Shown piece by piece: positions 32,439 through 45,769 of a stretch of 64,000 nt of DNA. Source of the DNA: Lophium mytilinum (taxonomy: Eukaryota); assembly GCA_010093605.1 (NCBI GenBank), contig MU004196.1:1386606-1450605 (forward strand), read 5' to 3'. Made by a program: the position numbers and the translations under genes. Below the pieces are notes generated by a model. It ran no database searches, had not been told where the DNA came from, and was given only the letters and a program-made list of their open reading frames with translations. Each line of letters starts with the position of its first letter. The first letter of the stretch is position 1.

Positions 32439-35400
32439 CTATACCTCCCTTGCAAAAAAGACCTGCTCCTCTATCGACACTGGCGAGGTTCTCTGACCAA
32501 CCACGTCTATGTCAAGGACGACTTCACCCACCGGCCCCTGGCTCCCTGTCCTCTGATTCGATGTTCCCTCGTCTACACTCCCATCCTTTATTGTCCTCCA
32601 ATATTCTGTTAACAGATCCAACTGCTCCTCCATGGAAATCAACGAAGTCCTATGACTCACGACGCTCTCCCCCTCTTTACTATCTTCACTGCCCACATCC
32701 TCATCTGGCATCCCTTCGTGTCTGACATCCTCATTCAACCCTCGCTCATGCTCTCCCGCAATGAACGCGTCCTCCTCCGCCGAAACCAGCGAAGCTCTCT
32801 GCGTCTCAGCAGCGTCCCTCTCCGGATTACCCCCATCCTCCGCCTCAACAGCATCAATGGCAAACCGCCTCACAATCCTCTCGCGGTGCTCCGCATTCCC
32901 CTCCTCCGCCCCCACCAACGACCCACTTGAAGTCTCCATGCGTTCGAACCATCCCATCCTCCACCTCCGCTCGAGCGGGGTACTCCGCTCCCTTTTCTTG
33001 TCTTGCCAGAACCACTTGCCTCCCCAAATCCGCCTAAACACGCCATTCTTCTCCACCTCTTCGTCTTCCATTTCATGCATGGCCGCATCCATCTCGGATA
33101 GCATCTCCGAGTCCGCCAAGAGACTAGCTACTGCCGCAATGCTGCAAGGGTTCTTGGGCACAACGTGCCTAGGGTTCACCAGGAACGTTGCTAAAGCGCC
33201 GAGGAGGAGCATCGTTGCTAGCATGGCTTCCAGGACGCGAGTAGATATGGGGTCTTGCACTAGGCGAAGGCGATTCGGATTCGTTACGTTGGCGGGAACG
33301 AGTGAGCCCACCGTGGATGCGTTGGTGGGGATGCGGTCGAAGGCGCCGATTAGCTGCGTGCAGATAATATTATGCATCCGCTCGATTGCTGTCATGACAG
33401 ATTCGTAGGTACTTGGAGTACCTAGGTCCGTTATTGGAATACCGTATTTCCCATAGACAACGCCTGAGAAAAACGAATCGGGCTGATCCGGGGGGTTGGA
33501 TATTACAGGGAGGTAACCATAGTCCAAAAACGAATCATTGTAGACAGAGGAAGGAGTCCTGGTTGGTTCCTGGGGGACTGGAGGGCGGGAAAGATCGATC
33601 TGAAAGCCCGGATAGGAGAAAGTAGCTTTGACTTGAATCTGGTCTACGCTCTCCTTGCAGGCGAGCATGGCGACGTGTTTTATCCCTTCAGCGAGGGAGC
33701 CAGTCTCGCCCCACATGTAGTATTGTAGGCAGCCGCTTTCGGTGTATGCCGCACCAAAGAAGGCATCAGGAGAGGCGTAAGTGGTTAGGGGGGTGCCGCC
33801 CTCTGTACTATTATAAACAGCGCACAACCCATCAGGTATGTGTACTGTTACTGAAGTTTCATACCCCCCCGGGTCCGTGCTATTTGAAAATGTCGCGTTA
33901 AGTTGAGCTGCTTTGACAAGAGCGCATGAAAGTCTTGATTGTATTGCTGGGATGATGGCGGTCAGACTTATGCTATCGTATGAGCCAATGTCGCTGCTGA
34001 AGAGTTTCTCCGGGGCAGCGCTGTTCTGAGGGCTGGAGACTGCCAACTTAGGAATCGTCAGATCACCATAGGTCCAGGCGGGATCGGAAAGATTGGCATG
34101 GATGATCAAGCCAGCATTATAAATCCCCAAGTCTATATAATCTTGAGCTAGGTCGGCGGTGCTGTCGAAAATCCAGGGGTCCATGCGGAGCTGAACTTCC
34201 TGAATATGTGGCACAGTCTGGGGACTGTACATTCCACTGGCTATGATGGTGAGCGCAGATCCTAGCAGTGTGGCGATAGTGGTTGCAAGAACAGCCCATT
34301 TTTTGGACCGTATAGACTGTACAATAGTAGTTGCGGCTGTCTGATCTAAAAAATTCGACGCAATGGATTGTCGGAGACTTGCACCAGTAGCAAGCCGCAG
34401 CTTCGAGTACGGGGCAAGGCAGCGGATGGTGAAGTCGAGTGACGCAAATGTTAATCCCACGCTGACCATGACCAGGGCGGGAATATAAACCCACACATAG
34501 TGGACATGTTCATCTGTGTTGACATCTCCAAGGCCGTTGTGCTTTTGCGAAATTTGCAAAGATACTTCCAAACCGACGATGACGGCGATAATGACGAAAA
34601 AGATGCTGCTTTGAACCCATGGCTTAATGGGAAGAGGCTGCCATGAATAGCTGAAATCGTCTACGGCGTCCGCTTGACTTCGACCCCTTCGGCACCCCAC
34701 GCACATGCCTCCAAGTAATCGCAAAAACCTGCTGGTACACCCTAGTCTTGTAGAAATTGCGGAGCCATACTGGTCATCGCCATCCGCTTGGATCCTAAGA
34801 CCTGTTCTTTTTGCGGAAGTTGTGACCTGTGAATAGAAGAAATGGCCTAACAACCGCTGTTTGACGACCTTGAGTTCCGTGGCGCCGGTGCCTCGGAGCA
34901 TCGAAATGAGACCAGGACTCGTTGCTATGATTGCCGCCAAAGCGGCGATCGTTTTGAGCTCTCCCAGCGCAATGCCTTCACGAGGCACCAGCGTTACCAG
35001 ACACCCTGTCAAAAGGATGATGGCTCCCATGCAGCCTTCCATGGCCCTGAGGGGTCCTGATTGGACGAGGAGTCTCCCTTCAGGTGTAGTAGTGGATCCG
35101 TTCTTGATCGATTGAACTGTGCTCCTCAGGCTGCGGTGGGCGATCTGCGCGCCAATGGCTTGGTAGTAACTGTTGGCGATGTCGCGTAACACTGCACCAT
35201 CGAAAAGCTTATCAATATCTGGCCTAGTCTCTTTCTGCATCATGACACCCATAAGCATTTGCGTGTCAATTTCCACGTTTAAGTCGGCATAGGCTTTTAT
35301 CTCGTTTTCGAGGGGATCCGTTCCTAAAGCAATAAAATTGAACTGTGCAGCAGCCAGATCCCAAAGCTCTAGCCCCTCTAAGTGATACGGTTCGGCCGCG

Positions 35401-36727
35401 TTCCCGACGACTTGGGTGATTTCCGTTTTGAATGGCAAGCTGCTGGTGTTGACCTTGATCATCAACGCAGTCTTCTCAAATGATGGCTTGCAGCTCAAGC
35501 TTTTTGACCGAGAGACCGTGAAGTTGGCATATACCGTTTTGTTCATCCTTGACAGGTTCGTCCAGTCTATGTTCAAATTCTCTGGCTGCCTCGTGAACTC
35601 TACTACCGACACGACGATTCGCTGCTGCTCCACCGCGGTCGACTTGTTACACGCGGCCCCAAGAAACCTAACCCAATAAGGCCGTGGCCCTCGGAGTATA
35701 ATATTACCATCACCGAACTCGGAAGATTCGTGATAGACGCTCCCTCCGAGATCAGGCATCACGCACTGTGGTGCAACGAATTGTGTTTGCGCATGTGGCC
35801 CGTAGGACACATTGTTGATACTGTAATAAAAGTATGTCATATCGAACTCAATAGGATCACAATCGAGGCCAGCAATGACAGCGTCGACTGTTGTCGTCAG
35901 GACAGAGTTCTGAGAGAGGTCCGGCGCGTTGAATCTCTGAAATGCGTATTGCGCATTTGTCCCTGCGGGATATGTCAAATTTTGGGCTAAGATGCCTTGC
36001 AGGATATAGAATGGCATGTCGTCTGTGGAGTTCAAGCGAGCGAGCGGGTCTTCGGATGTGAAGGAGTCCAACATGGTCAACGGGTAGGATGGTCGATGGT
36101 ATTCGATCCTGCTTAGCGATAACAAACTAGTCGAAAATATTATCAGAACTTTGAATAAAATAGAGCCGATGGAAGCTAGGCCCACGATGAAGTCGCCGTT
36201 CTTTAGCGCTTTGTATACTGAAGTCAACTGTAACGGGGAAATGTAATCTAACAGCACGGTTCTGGAAGCCGGCATCGGTTTCTTCCGCAGGGTGATCCAC
36301 GGTGCACTCTGTTTTGCTTGGAACTCAACGCGGGACCAGAACGCCGCGATAATAGTCAGAACTGCACACCACTTGTCAGTTTAAATTGAAAATCCCAGTT
36401 TGTGGAGAAATGCCACTTACCAGCTGTGGGTCCATATGTCCACGAATACCGGCGACTTTCGACCGGAGACGCAAGGCCCTGCCTTCTCTCCGAGAGCTGA
36501 TTGAGCCCCTCGAGCGCGGCGAGCAAAGCACAGAATAGGGTCAGGAACGCTAACAGGACACGCCGCCGAAGATAGGGAGGTCGCCATGTCAATGCATCGC
36601 CTTTTTGCATCTCTTCCTCTTCGTCAATCGGCACCTCTGCATACCCATGACTCTGCTGGGTCACGGTAGATCGCACGCTCTGAGTTTCGGGCTCTTCAAA
36701 AGTGCTGGATTCAACGTCTGCTGTCAT
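32439..36727 (-). CDS. DUF3433-type large multi-pass membrane protein (~1409 aa)
   Basis: Exons 36727-36421 and 36361-32439. Intron GTAAGT..ACTGAC..CAG (59 bp). Two internally repeated halves: WRPPYL..YSWTYGPTA..APW..LLDY and WQPLPI..HYVWVYIPA..LAPY..NFLD. Many TM segments and N-glycosylation-rich loops. Confidence 0.85.
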
Positions 36728-39700
36728 ATTATGCGATGAGGTAGTTTGGTCGAGTAAGGTAATTACTAGTTGTGGGCAAAAGCATTGTACATACATATTT
36801 ATCACGAACGGACAGGGCTGCGATCGCTGAGGAAGCCTAGCCTCTGAAAGTAACATAGATCTACCTCCACCCCAATTCGTACAACCCGTGGATACCGTGG
36901 TCATCATATCCTGTATGACAGAGACCTTGGAATACTATCACATTTGGAATAAATTGCTACCATGAATATCTTGAATGGCTTCACGAAATGTAGGAAGGGG
37001 GCTGTACTTACATGCGAATTCTTTTTATAGGCACCACTACTAGCATGGCTGAAGGTATAAATATCTCACGCTGCAGATTCTAAGGTCGCCAAGCTGAATA
37101 ACGATACTTCCTCGCACAAAGCCGAGATATTTAGAGCCTAGCCCTAGCACCCACCCCTGGGGGTGGGACGGGACCGGCGCCACGGATTGGTTCTTTGGGG
37201 GCCATCGCAAGAACCTAACACATTTATGGTGCACACTACAGCTCAACGTAGTACGTGTGAACCGTGTTGGGTGCAGCCACATAAGCCCGAAGTCGTTGGT
37301 AGGCTGAGGAAGCAAGGACAAATCTCACGTGTGCTTGGTGGCACCCGACACCACGTAACGCAGAACCGAAGAAACGGATTCGTACTCTCGACTAGTGAAG
37401 CCATAGCCACTCTGTATGCTCCCCTTACAGGATATCCGTCGCGGGGTTTTCGCCGAGATGCGTGACAATGCCTCCGCACGGGATGGCAAGATTGCCAGAA
37501 TCAGGAAATGTATGACTGAAAGGGGATTCAAGGACGGGGTGACTCGTAAGCACGGAGGAATCCGATCACTTCCCGGCGCGTGGTGCCGTGCAACGTAGCA
37601 CAAGGGCTGGCTCGTTCTTCTCGGCTCGCGGATCGAAGCCCATACTTACTAGACGTGACCGGATAAACTCGTTCTGTCAGTACGCATCTGCACGGAAGCC
37701 TTGCAGCGGACTTAGCTAAACAACACCAAAGCAGCACACATAATGACCTTGTTGGGCAGTATTGTTATGTAGTAGATGAGGTTTTGTCAAATTGAAGGAA
37801 AAGGGTGCCTGGGTTGGTTGAAGAAGTGGTGACATTCGAACAACGGGTAGGATGCAGCCGAAACGCTAGCATAAAATGGAGAGACGACGATCCCAGCAAG
37901 CTGAAGGGTTGGGTACCTTTGTTAGAGCACCAGACACCAGACAAGGCAGTGGGTCTTGAAGAGTGTGTCGCGCTTTCGCTCCACGACTATCTGACTTCAA
38001 CGTTGACTCGTTATGAAGCTGCCTTTAATGGCCATACTGGAGTCAGTAGCAGGTATATCGAAGTAGTGAGTTGCAAGGGTGGTTGTTATAGGCACCAATC
38101 CTTCCGTGGGCCGTAGAGGCTAACCCATAATTAGCGTAGCTGAAGGAGTGTTGGCAGGACATGTTGCACAACGTAAGCCTCATTCTGGATACCAGTACTC
38201 GCTCGAAAATGCTGCGTGCTCCTCAGCAGAATACTCCCGATCATGGATGCCGGATAGGGTACATTTCGCCTTCAATTCAGTGACAGGCTGCGAATTGCGA
38301 TTCGGCAGGGCGAGCCTGACGGTTCATTCGCAGTTCTCATCTGTCTTGATGAGGTGCAGAGTGCGCCACGCTGTGGCTTTAGCGGCCTGCCGTCTCGGGA
38401 CTCTCGTCTTCCAGTATGATTATGTCCGGGTTCCTTGACTTTCCCCAGGTGAATACAGAACTACTCCGGAATCTAGGGTTGCACACCGCTTCCTATTGTC
38501 CCTCGCGTTGGCAATCGAAATATCCGTGTACGTCTCAAGTTCATTCAGATACCGTGGGTCCTGCACTCGCTCATGCCTGGTGTTGTAATAGGGTGGTCAA
38601 TGGAGAAGCAGGTCTGGTGGAATACCGCTAATTCCCGCTTGTTATGCCGCGATTTGCAGTTTCGTGCTCTTGTATCCCAGGGCCCGGACTCTGGCAGGCT
38701 TAACAAGGTCGCTTGGGTAGACACTCGAACTTCGTAAATTTTGGTGGGCGTCCTCGCGTAGGATTGTTACGAGCAATTTCCCGGTATGCGGTGCCTCGGG
38801 GGAAGGCTTTTTCGAGATCCGGCCTGTGTAAGTCCCGTCCAGGTCCTGTCCGGGACAGCTTCGGGGGTGTCGCTTCTGCACGGTATGTATGCACTCTCTG
38901 CTGTCTCCTCGGGGGTTCGAGTGGCTATTATGGTGGAAGGTCAAAGGCGTATGCCCGACGCAGTTTGGGTGTGGGACAGAAGTTATTAGCGTGCGGCTGA
39001 GTTTGCAGGTTGACGTGAGTTCTTGCCCAAACACTAATGGCGCTTCCACCTGTAGTAGACGTGACAAGCGGCGCCTAGCGGGAAAATATTCATTTAGGCC
39101 ATGCTGCTCCTAGAGTTCCCTTTTCCCCTTAGCTGGTTATCTTTCGTAGGCTTAACATCTCCTCCCGTCGCTATCTGCAGTGTCCCAGACACCTCTTGAA
39201 CGCTCCCGCTAAGCAATCTGACTCATCTGACTGGATAGAATTCTGGTCTCATGTCGAACTAGCTATTACGACTACGATACCCGGTTACCCGACCCGCTGC
39301 TCAGTACGAACACAACGCTCGCCCTGCCTCCCTATCTTTACCTATCCATAAAGCTTCGCTGCCATCGCGCCTATGGACAGAGAAAAAGGGCGGCTGGTAG
39401 TTCTTCGCCTTCGGTTTCGGCAGGAAATCTTCAACTTGAACGTAGCATCCCAGCAGGACTTCTGCGCACCAGCGTGATACGTTTACAGGAGTGACGCACG
39501 TACGGGTGGAAGCATGAGCACCAAAGAGTAAGTGCTACTTTGGATGTGGCATACATCTTCCTGACTACATGGAAAAGTATCAATGGCGCCAGAAGCGTCG
39601 CCCGCAAATACCGACGTCTACCTTCATGGCAGCTTCTATTCTTTGTTGGCTTCAATGGCGCATATGATAACTCGGCGGAGAAGACTGATTCGAGAGAGGG

Positions 39701-40257
39701 CGGTTCGGTTCTGAGTCTTATTCTTCACATTTACTCAAATGATGGTAAGAAGACATTTTTCCGGGCAAACTTGAGAAATCTGGCTTATTTAGTCGCAGAC
39801 TGCGATCGACTCTGTATCATTTCGTTATTTACATGTCATTATACTATCAGGATTATCTCGAAGACGCAAATACTGTCAACTTCAAGGTCACGAGTCATTG
39901 CAAAGCATATTTGATCTGAGGTCAAGACAGGTGCTCAATTATAGGAAGTCTTCTCGCAATTTACTCCAGTTCCAGTCTCTGTAGTTTATATCCTTGGATA
40001 ATAGAACTGAAGAGGGCCAGGATACCATGATCCGAACCACAGCGTAGCTGTTCGATAGCTTTATCTAACCTCAAACCAGAGAGGAGATGGGAAGAAAAGA
40101 ATGCCATACTTCATAGGACACCCCGGGAGAGGGGACCCGGAAAAATTAAAGCTAGGAAGAGAGCCTCGAAGGTGCCGGAAAGATGAAAGGCCAACCACAA
40201 TAGCCGACGCAAATATGACAATTTGAAGCTGGAGGCGCCACACCGTGTCATGTAGTT

Positions 40258-41121
40258 TCAACAGTTCTTGAAAACGAAATTGAACTTCTCGCAGGCCACC
40301 TTCAAGGCATTCATGTTCTTTCGTGCGCGCTTGCCACCCGTCACTTCGACTGTCCACTGGGTGACCTCATCCGTCCGCATCAGCTTGAATATGGCCATGA
40401 TCTTTTCGAACAAACCCTTCTCCTCTTCGCGCTTTGGACTGGGCTTTGGTTCTTTCTGTAACGGAGGAACAATGATGTGACCGAGTGCCACAGTCGCGTA
40501 GCGCTTTGCGCCTTTCCACTTCACAGCCGACGCCGCAACGAAGATCTCGACGTGGCGCCTCTGGTGCGTAAGCTGCTGCTCGGTTTCATCATCAGTATGC
40601 ATTCCTTCGGGCCATAAATCCATGAACATTTATACCCGGGCAAAGTTTTCGAGGGCGTTACGCTGTGTGGCATGGAATGCCACACCAGATTGACCGTCGG
40701 GGTAGTAATTTCCTAGGCGGGCATCCACAAAAGCCTCCACCTCTGACGACCCTCCAAGAAACCCTAGAGCCTCTTCGTGGATCTGTTTATTCACACCGAG
40801 AATCGCCTGATAGGGCACCTTCTGGCCATACTCGGGGTCTTCGCCAGTGTATGCCATGACCAAGCCTCCCTCTTCAATGCCGTTGTCGCTAATGTGGTCG
40901 GCCTCGCCGGGCGGTCGAACCAGAACAAGCTTGTAGATCATGTTCCTAATCTCTCCTGGAAGGCGTAGGAAGCTCGCAGCCTCGGTGGATGCATCTGATT
41001 GTGGGCCTCTGGATTGAGCGGCGTCGCTCGACGCTTCACACATGGCTTGGGCACGGATCCGGTCGGTGTTGCTGGCTCCAAGAGAATCAGCGCCTTCGGT
41101 CTTACGAGGGCTCGAATCCAT
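40258..41121 (-). pseudogene. F-box-like paralogue 1, interrupted by an in-frame TAA at 40632-40630
   Basis: FLRLPGEIRNMIY, ILGVNKQIHEE, ENFARV*MFMD, then in the same frame KRYATVAL and MRTDEVTQWTVEV, as in the intact paralogues. Confidence 0.75.
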
Positions 41122-41914
41122 ATTAGAAGCTTACTTGGAGCAAGTTGATTGAAGCTGCAGTAAAAGATGAGGTGTTGGTCGGTTGTTATTGGATAGGGTG
41201 GGTGTGGTAGGTGTTGTGCGTGGAGACAGTGTGTGGTGTGTCTGTGTTCAAGGAGACGAGGAGGTTTCTTTATGTGCCTTCGGCAGAAAATTACGGTGGT
41301 GAATCGCCCTCGAGACCCGGAGATGGAACCGGCCCCTTTCACTCGCAGGCCTAGTCGCTCCTACAGCTCCTTGTCCCGTGACAGACCCATCGATCAGTTT
41401 TCTTCACAACACCCACTCAAATTGAGGTAAGATCAAGTTTTGTAGGAAAATCTTCGGAGATTCGGCTTGTTTCGTCGTAGAGTCACTCATCTACTGCTAG
41501 GAGTATTGTTAGATTGCAACCCGCGTATCCCCTGAAGAAGCATTGATTACTTCTAATATAGCTTGCAAGTGCTTGCTCCGCCCTTTCACCAAGGTTTGTT
41601 TCACAGCTTGTTCCAACTGATTGCAATGGATGTTGAAATCGATCAAACATTTCTACTTGTAGTAGAATCACGATCTTGACAGACTTTTGCTCACTCAAGC
41701 ACATTTATTATAACTTATTATAGGGAAAGAATCGTCAATTTAGCTCATCAACCCTGAGCTCGCTATCTTAGCCTAGCTCATACACCCCAGGAGCTTCTGG
41801 TAATCCGTCCACAAAGGACGCAAAGTATAGCTTAGTCTACTTCTTTACCACTACATGCCACGCTTTGCTGGCAACTTATAGTGTATAAGCAGTATGCTCT
41901 CTTCACCCCTCGAA

Positions 41915-42775
41915 TCAAATATCGCAATCCCGAACATTGAACTTAAAGCCATGTGCTTCGCACTTGGTCTTAAAGGCATTCACGCTGAGCTGCAGCTCCG
42001 TGGACTGATGCGCCAGATTCCCAAAAAAGTCGACCACAATTGTCCACTGGGTAATCTTGTCAGATTTCATCACATTCAGGACGTCCTCCAGGTGATCCTC
42101 GGCCTCTTTTCTCCCCACCACCTCCTCGATGGAAAGGTTACCCTTCTCGAAGATTTTCTGGTGGAAGATCAAGGCAAGGTAGACCGTGACCCAGCGCTTC
42201 TTGCCAATCCACTTCTCCTGGGCTGAGCCCGACACAAAGGTCTCGAGATGGCGCCTAAGGAGAGACAGAACCCAGCAGGTGCCCCCACGCTCATCACGCC
42301 GTTCGGCATCCTTCTTCCAGACAATTTCGCGCTCGATGTTGACATGGGCATAATTGAGCAGGCCATTCTGCACGGTCTCATCGATATGTTCGGGCATATC
42401 GGGCAGATCGTCGCCCCATGCTTCCAAGTTGACCGCAGCCGTCCGTTCGAGGGCTGCCGACGCCTCTTGAGAAACCTGCTTGTTGACCTGAAGAAGAGCC
42501 AGGCCGGCGACTTTGTCGTCTTCATCTTCGCGGGGCCTCATAGGCTGATGATGCGACATGGGAATTGCATGCTCGTACACCATATCACGCAGCTCCTGCG
42601 GGAGCTGTAGGAATGGATGGAAGGTGATCAACGGACCTGCGTTTGCCTTGCGGGCAATCCTACCGGACATCCGAGTAGGTCGAGTCCAGGCTTTGTACTG
42701 CTTCTTTACAACCCGTCCGGAAGAGGTCTTGCTGAGGCTCGAAGCCTCCTTCATGTTGTTCTCACCGCGAGGCAT
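41915..42775 (-). CDS. F-box-like paralogue 2 (~286 aa)
   Basis: FLQLPQELRDMVY, LLQVNKQVSQE, KRWVTVYL, MKSDKITQWTIVV. Intronless. Confidence 0.8.
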   Translation of the reverse strand: MPRGENNMKEASSLSKTSSGRVVKKQYKAWTRPTRMSGRIARKANAGPLITFHPFLQLPQELRDMVYEHAIPMSHHQPMRPREDEDDKVAGLALLQVNKQVSQEASAALERTAAVNLEAWGDDLPDMPEHIDETVQNGLLNYAHVNIEREIVWKKDAERRDERGGTCWVLSLLRRHLETFVSGSAQEKWIGKKRWVTVYLALIFHQKIFEKGNLSIEEVVGRKEAEDHLEDVLNVMKSDKITQWTIVVDFFGNLAHQSTELQLSVNAFKTKCEAHGFKFNVRDCDI

Positions 42776-43921
42776 CGTAGTCTTACTGAACTTTTCGGAG
42801 ACTGTGATCGTGTTGAGCACTTCCGTTGCAGCGGTGCAGTGTTTGCGAGTTGCTTGTGGTGTTGGGGTGGGGGCAATGTTTTGATCTTTGATGATGTTGA
42901 TCGAGAGAGGGAGCACGCGGCGTATTTATGGACCTCCCATGTTAGCACCGGAGTGAATTACTGGAGGCAACGTCTGCTCACAGAGTCGACATTCTGCGCA
43001 CTCGGTGCGCAGGTCTTCCTACGCTGGTGAATCATTACAAGCCCCGGTCCGCTCATATGTTCGACATTGTCAGCCTTCAATGCGAGGGTGTACGAGTAAT
43101 GCCAGTTATGACATATGTTACCTTATCATCCAACAATACTACAACCCTGAACTCTTTACGCTTTCACCCCAGCACCTTGACAGAAGTATATGCACCCTCG
43201 CTTACCGCCGTTCGAGGTGCCTTAGCCTTCTCAAAAAGTTTCATTAAAACGCTGGCTCCTTGTGAGTTCAAATCAGAAGATTTCCACATGCTGAGCATCA
43301 GAGTACTTGCCGCCGTCTGTGGGGCCATACACACCATTAACTGTTACGAGATAAGAAACATAGCCTACACAATTTGCGTCCCAGTACTATATGTGTCTAA
43401 ACATTGCGCCGTGGCACAGCAGCTGGACATTGACCTCACAATGCTGATAAGCTGATATCTACTACTAAGAGGCTGTGGATCGCCAGCAAATTTTGCTTAC
43501 TCACACTTTCAGACATTGTCACATTACGAGATTAAGACTCTAGGAATGAGCATGTATAGAATGGACACCAAAGGCCTACGCTTCCTGGAATTCCATAATT
43601 GATAAGTCCAGGGGAGGCCCGGGAGTATAATTCTGACCCTAAAACGTTAGTCTCGATTCGAGTCCTGTAACTCCTTACGTCAAAATATTTGTGAAAAAGT
43701 AGGTCCAGGGGCATCCAGAGAAGCAATTCGTTCTCGAAGCCCTAGTCTCAGATTAGAGCCCGTAGCTCATGGCATGTAAGAAATCCGAAAAGAATGAGTG
43801 CAGGGGCATCCCAAGAGCCCAGCTTCACCTCAAAATCACATTGCTTTACGGCAGATTCATGCCCTCGAGATGTTACAGCACGTGCTGCCGTGCTCTACAC
43901 CTACATTCATGCTTCCCCCCT

Positions 43922-44743
43922 CTAGATCACACATGCATACGGCGCCACGACGTACCCAAATCCGTCCTTCTCGCATCCTTCCTTGATCCACCTCACCAGA
44001 GAGCTTGGCACGATGCCAGGAGCCGGCACCTTGAGGATCCACCGGATGGTGGTGTTGGTTTCCATCATGAGCTGGAAGCACCGCTTCCATCCCGCGACAG
44101 CCTTCCAATTCACCCGCACAAAACCCCCCCGTCCGAACATATACTCCAGTTTGTACCAATGCCACGTACAGAAGTCCAGCGTCACCTCACGCTCAAGGGC
44201 GTTGTAGGTGGTAGTAGAAACGGCAACAATACTACCAAGCGTCTCCTCTACTGGCGTTATGCTGTCCATCCAACTGAATATTGATTCCGGACAAAGAACG
44301 GAAATCTCAATCTTTCTGAAATTCTCGATAGCCTCTTTCGTCATAGCCAGCTGTCCCCTATTAGGCCGTGCTACATCGTCCCTTTCGACGCAAACGGGGA
44401 GCCGGCACGTCGCTCTTCGTGCCAGCATAGCTGCGGTTTCGTCGTGGATTTGACGGTTGACAGCCAGGAGGGCAAACCGCTCAGGCTGCTTGGAATTGAC
44501 TAGTTCGTGCGCGGTGGCAGGGGTGAAGGTCGCGTTGGGTTCGAGTACCAGTTCGTAGACGGCGTTGCGAAGTTCTCCCGGGAGCTCGAGGAACTTCGTG
44601 AATGATTCGGTTGGGTTTCGTGTGCGGAGTCGCTCGGCGGCTGCGGCTTTGCGTGCTTTGTTTGCTCGTTTTGCTTTGCGGGCTTTCGCGGCGCGGGCCA
44701 TTCCGATTTTTCTATCGCGCTTACGCTTTGTCTGGGACGGCAT
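43922..44743 (-). CDS. F-box-like paralogue 3 (~273 aa) with a basic N-terminus
   Basis: FLELPGELRNAVY, LLAVNRQIHDE, METNTTIRWILKV. The KRKRDRK..KARKAKR segment is NLS-like. Confidence 0.8.
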   Translation of the reverse strand: MPSQTKRKRDRKIGMARAAKARKAKRANKARKAAAAERLRTRNPTESFTKFLELPGELRNAVYELVLEPNATFTPATAHELVNSKQPERFALLAVNRQIHDETAAMLARRATCRLPVCVERDDVARPNRGQLAMTKEAIENFRKIEISVLCPESIFSWMDSITPVEETLGSIVAVSTTTYNALEREVTLDFCTWHWYKLEYMFGRGGFVRVNWKAVAGWKRCFQLMMETNTTIRWILKVPAPGIVPSSLVRWIKEGCEKDGFGYVVAPYACVI

Positions 44744-45185
44744 CTTTGGGGTGGAGGAAGAGCAAAGCTGCGGAAAGATCTTGTAATTGATGCAAGAAGC
44801 GCGTTGGATGATGGCACGACTTATGGGTAGTGGTGGAGGTATGGGGGGAGGCTTAGGCAGAGTGCAGGTAAACGGTAGCTTCATTGGATCTGTAGCTTTA
44901 TTCGTAGAACAGTAGGTATGTGCTAGGAGTGAAAGGTCGTGTGAATGCGCATCTCGCACTACTGAATGGTGAATTAGTGACTCCCGAAGTGCCTTCGGTT
45001 CGAAGAAAGGACGGTATCTTGGAAGTTCTTAACTTCCTGCGTTATTCGATGTCAGGCAAGTTCCGAAAAGTACATGCTTGAGAAGATCTCTGGACTTTAG
45101 ACAAGGTCGTCTTCCAATTCGGGCTGTTTGTCGTCTATGGTGGCTCCTTACGCCGTCAAGGTATATGCACCGAGGACATCGTCCT

Positions 45186-45769
45186 CAGGGCTCGGAATCA
45201 ACCGATCGATCGATCAGGCCTCTCAATATCAATCGAATCGACTGCTTAATCAGCAGAGGCCCAGATCAATCAAATCAATCGAATCAATTGATTCATCATC
45301 GAAGAATCGACATGGTTAAAGGTATTTAAAGGCTTAGCGCAGCGCGTAGGTAGTATCAAGGTATTTACTTAGAAATAATATTTTTTTAGTTAATATCTAA
45401 ATCCCTATAAGAGGCTCCTTTAAACTCTTTCTAATTATTAGTAGTAGTTAATAATAATGCGGCGGTATAGTACTACTCTATTAGAAAGACACGTAATAGG
45501 AGAGGCACCTCTATAGTCACGTAAGGCAGAGTCACGTGATATAGTACTTACATAATATTATATCCCGGCGAAGCACGGCCAATAAACCGCGTCTTAAGCA
45601 GCTAAAGTGCTATTATATTTACACCTTCAACCATGTTGCTTTCAATTGATTAGGCCTCCTGAAATCAATCAATTGAACCTTTTCCAGACGGCTGATCAAT
45701 TAATCGAATTGCCAAGACTTCGATTGATTTCGATCAACCGTTCGATTGGTTAATTGATTCCGAGCCCTG
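45186..45769. mobile_element. Non-autonomous hAT-type element (MITE), 584 bp
   Basis: Perfect 16-bp TIRs CAGGGCTCGGAATCAA / TTGATTCCGAGCCCTG. Perfect 8-bp TSD ATCGTCCT at 45178-45185 and 45770-45777. Subterminal ATCGA/AATCAATC repeats. No transposase ORF. Confidence 0.92.
45315..45631. mobile_element. Nested 317-bp inverted-repeat-bounded insert, RIP-like (TpA-rich)
   Basis: Left end GTTAAAGGTAT, right end reverse complement GTTGAAGGTGT. CATG on both flanks (45311-45314 and 45632-45635). Composition shifts sharply to AT/TpA-rich. Confidence 0.6.

Noticed and set aside
37000..40000. Many short ORFs upstream of the DUF3433-type gene
   Set aside because: No splice-consistent model or recognisable motifs, so treated as intergenic or decayed sequence.
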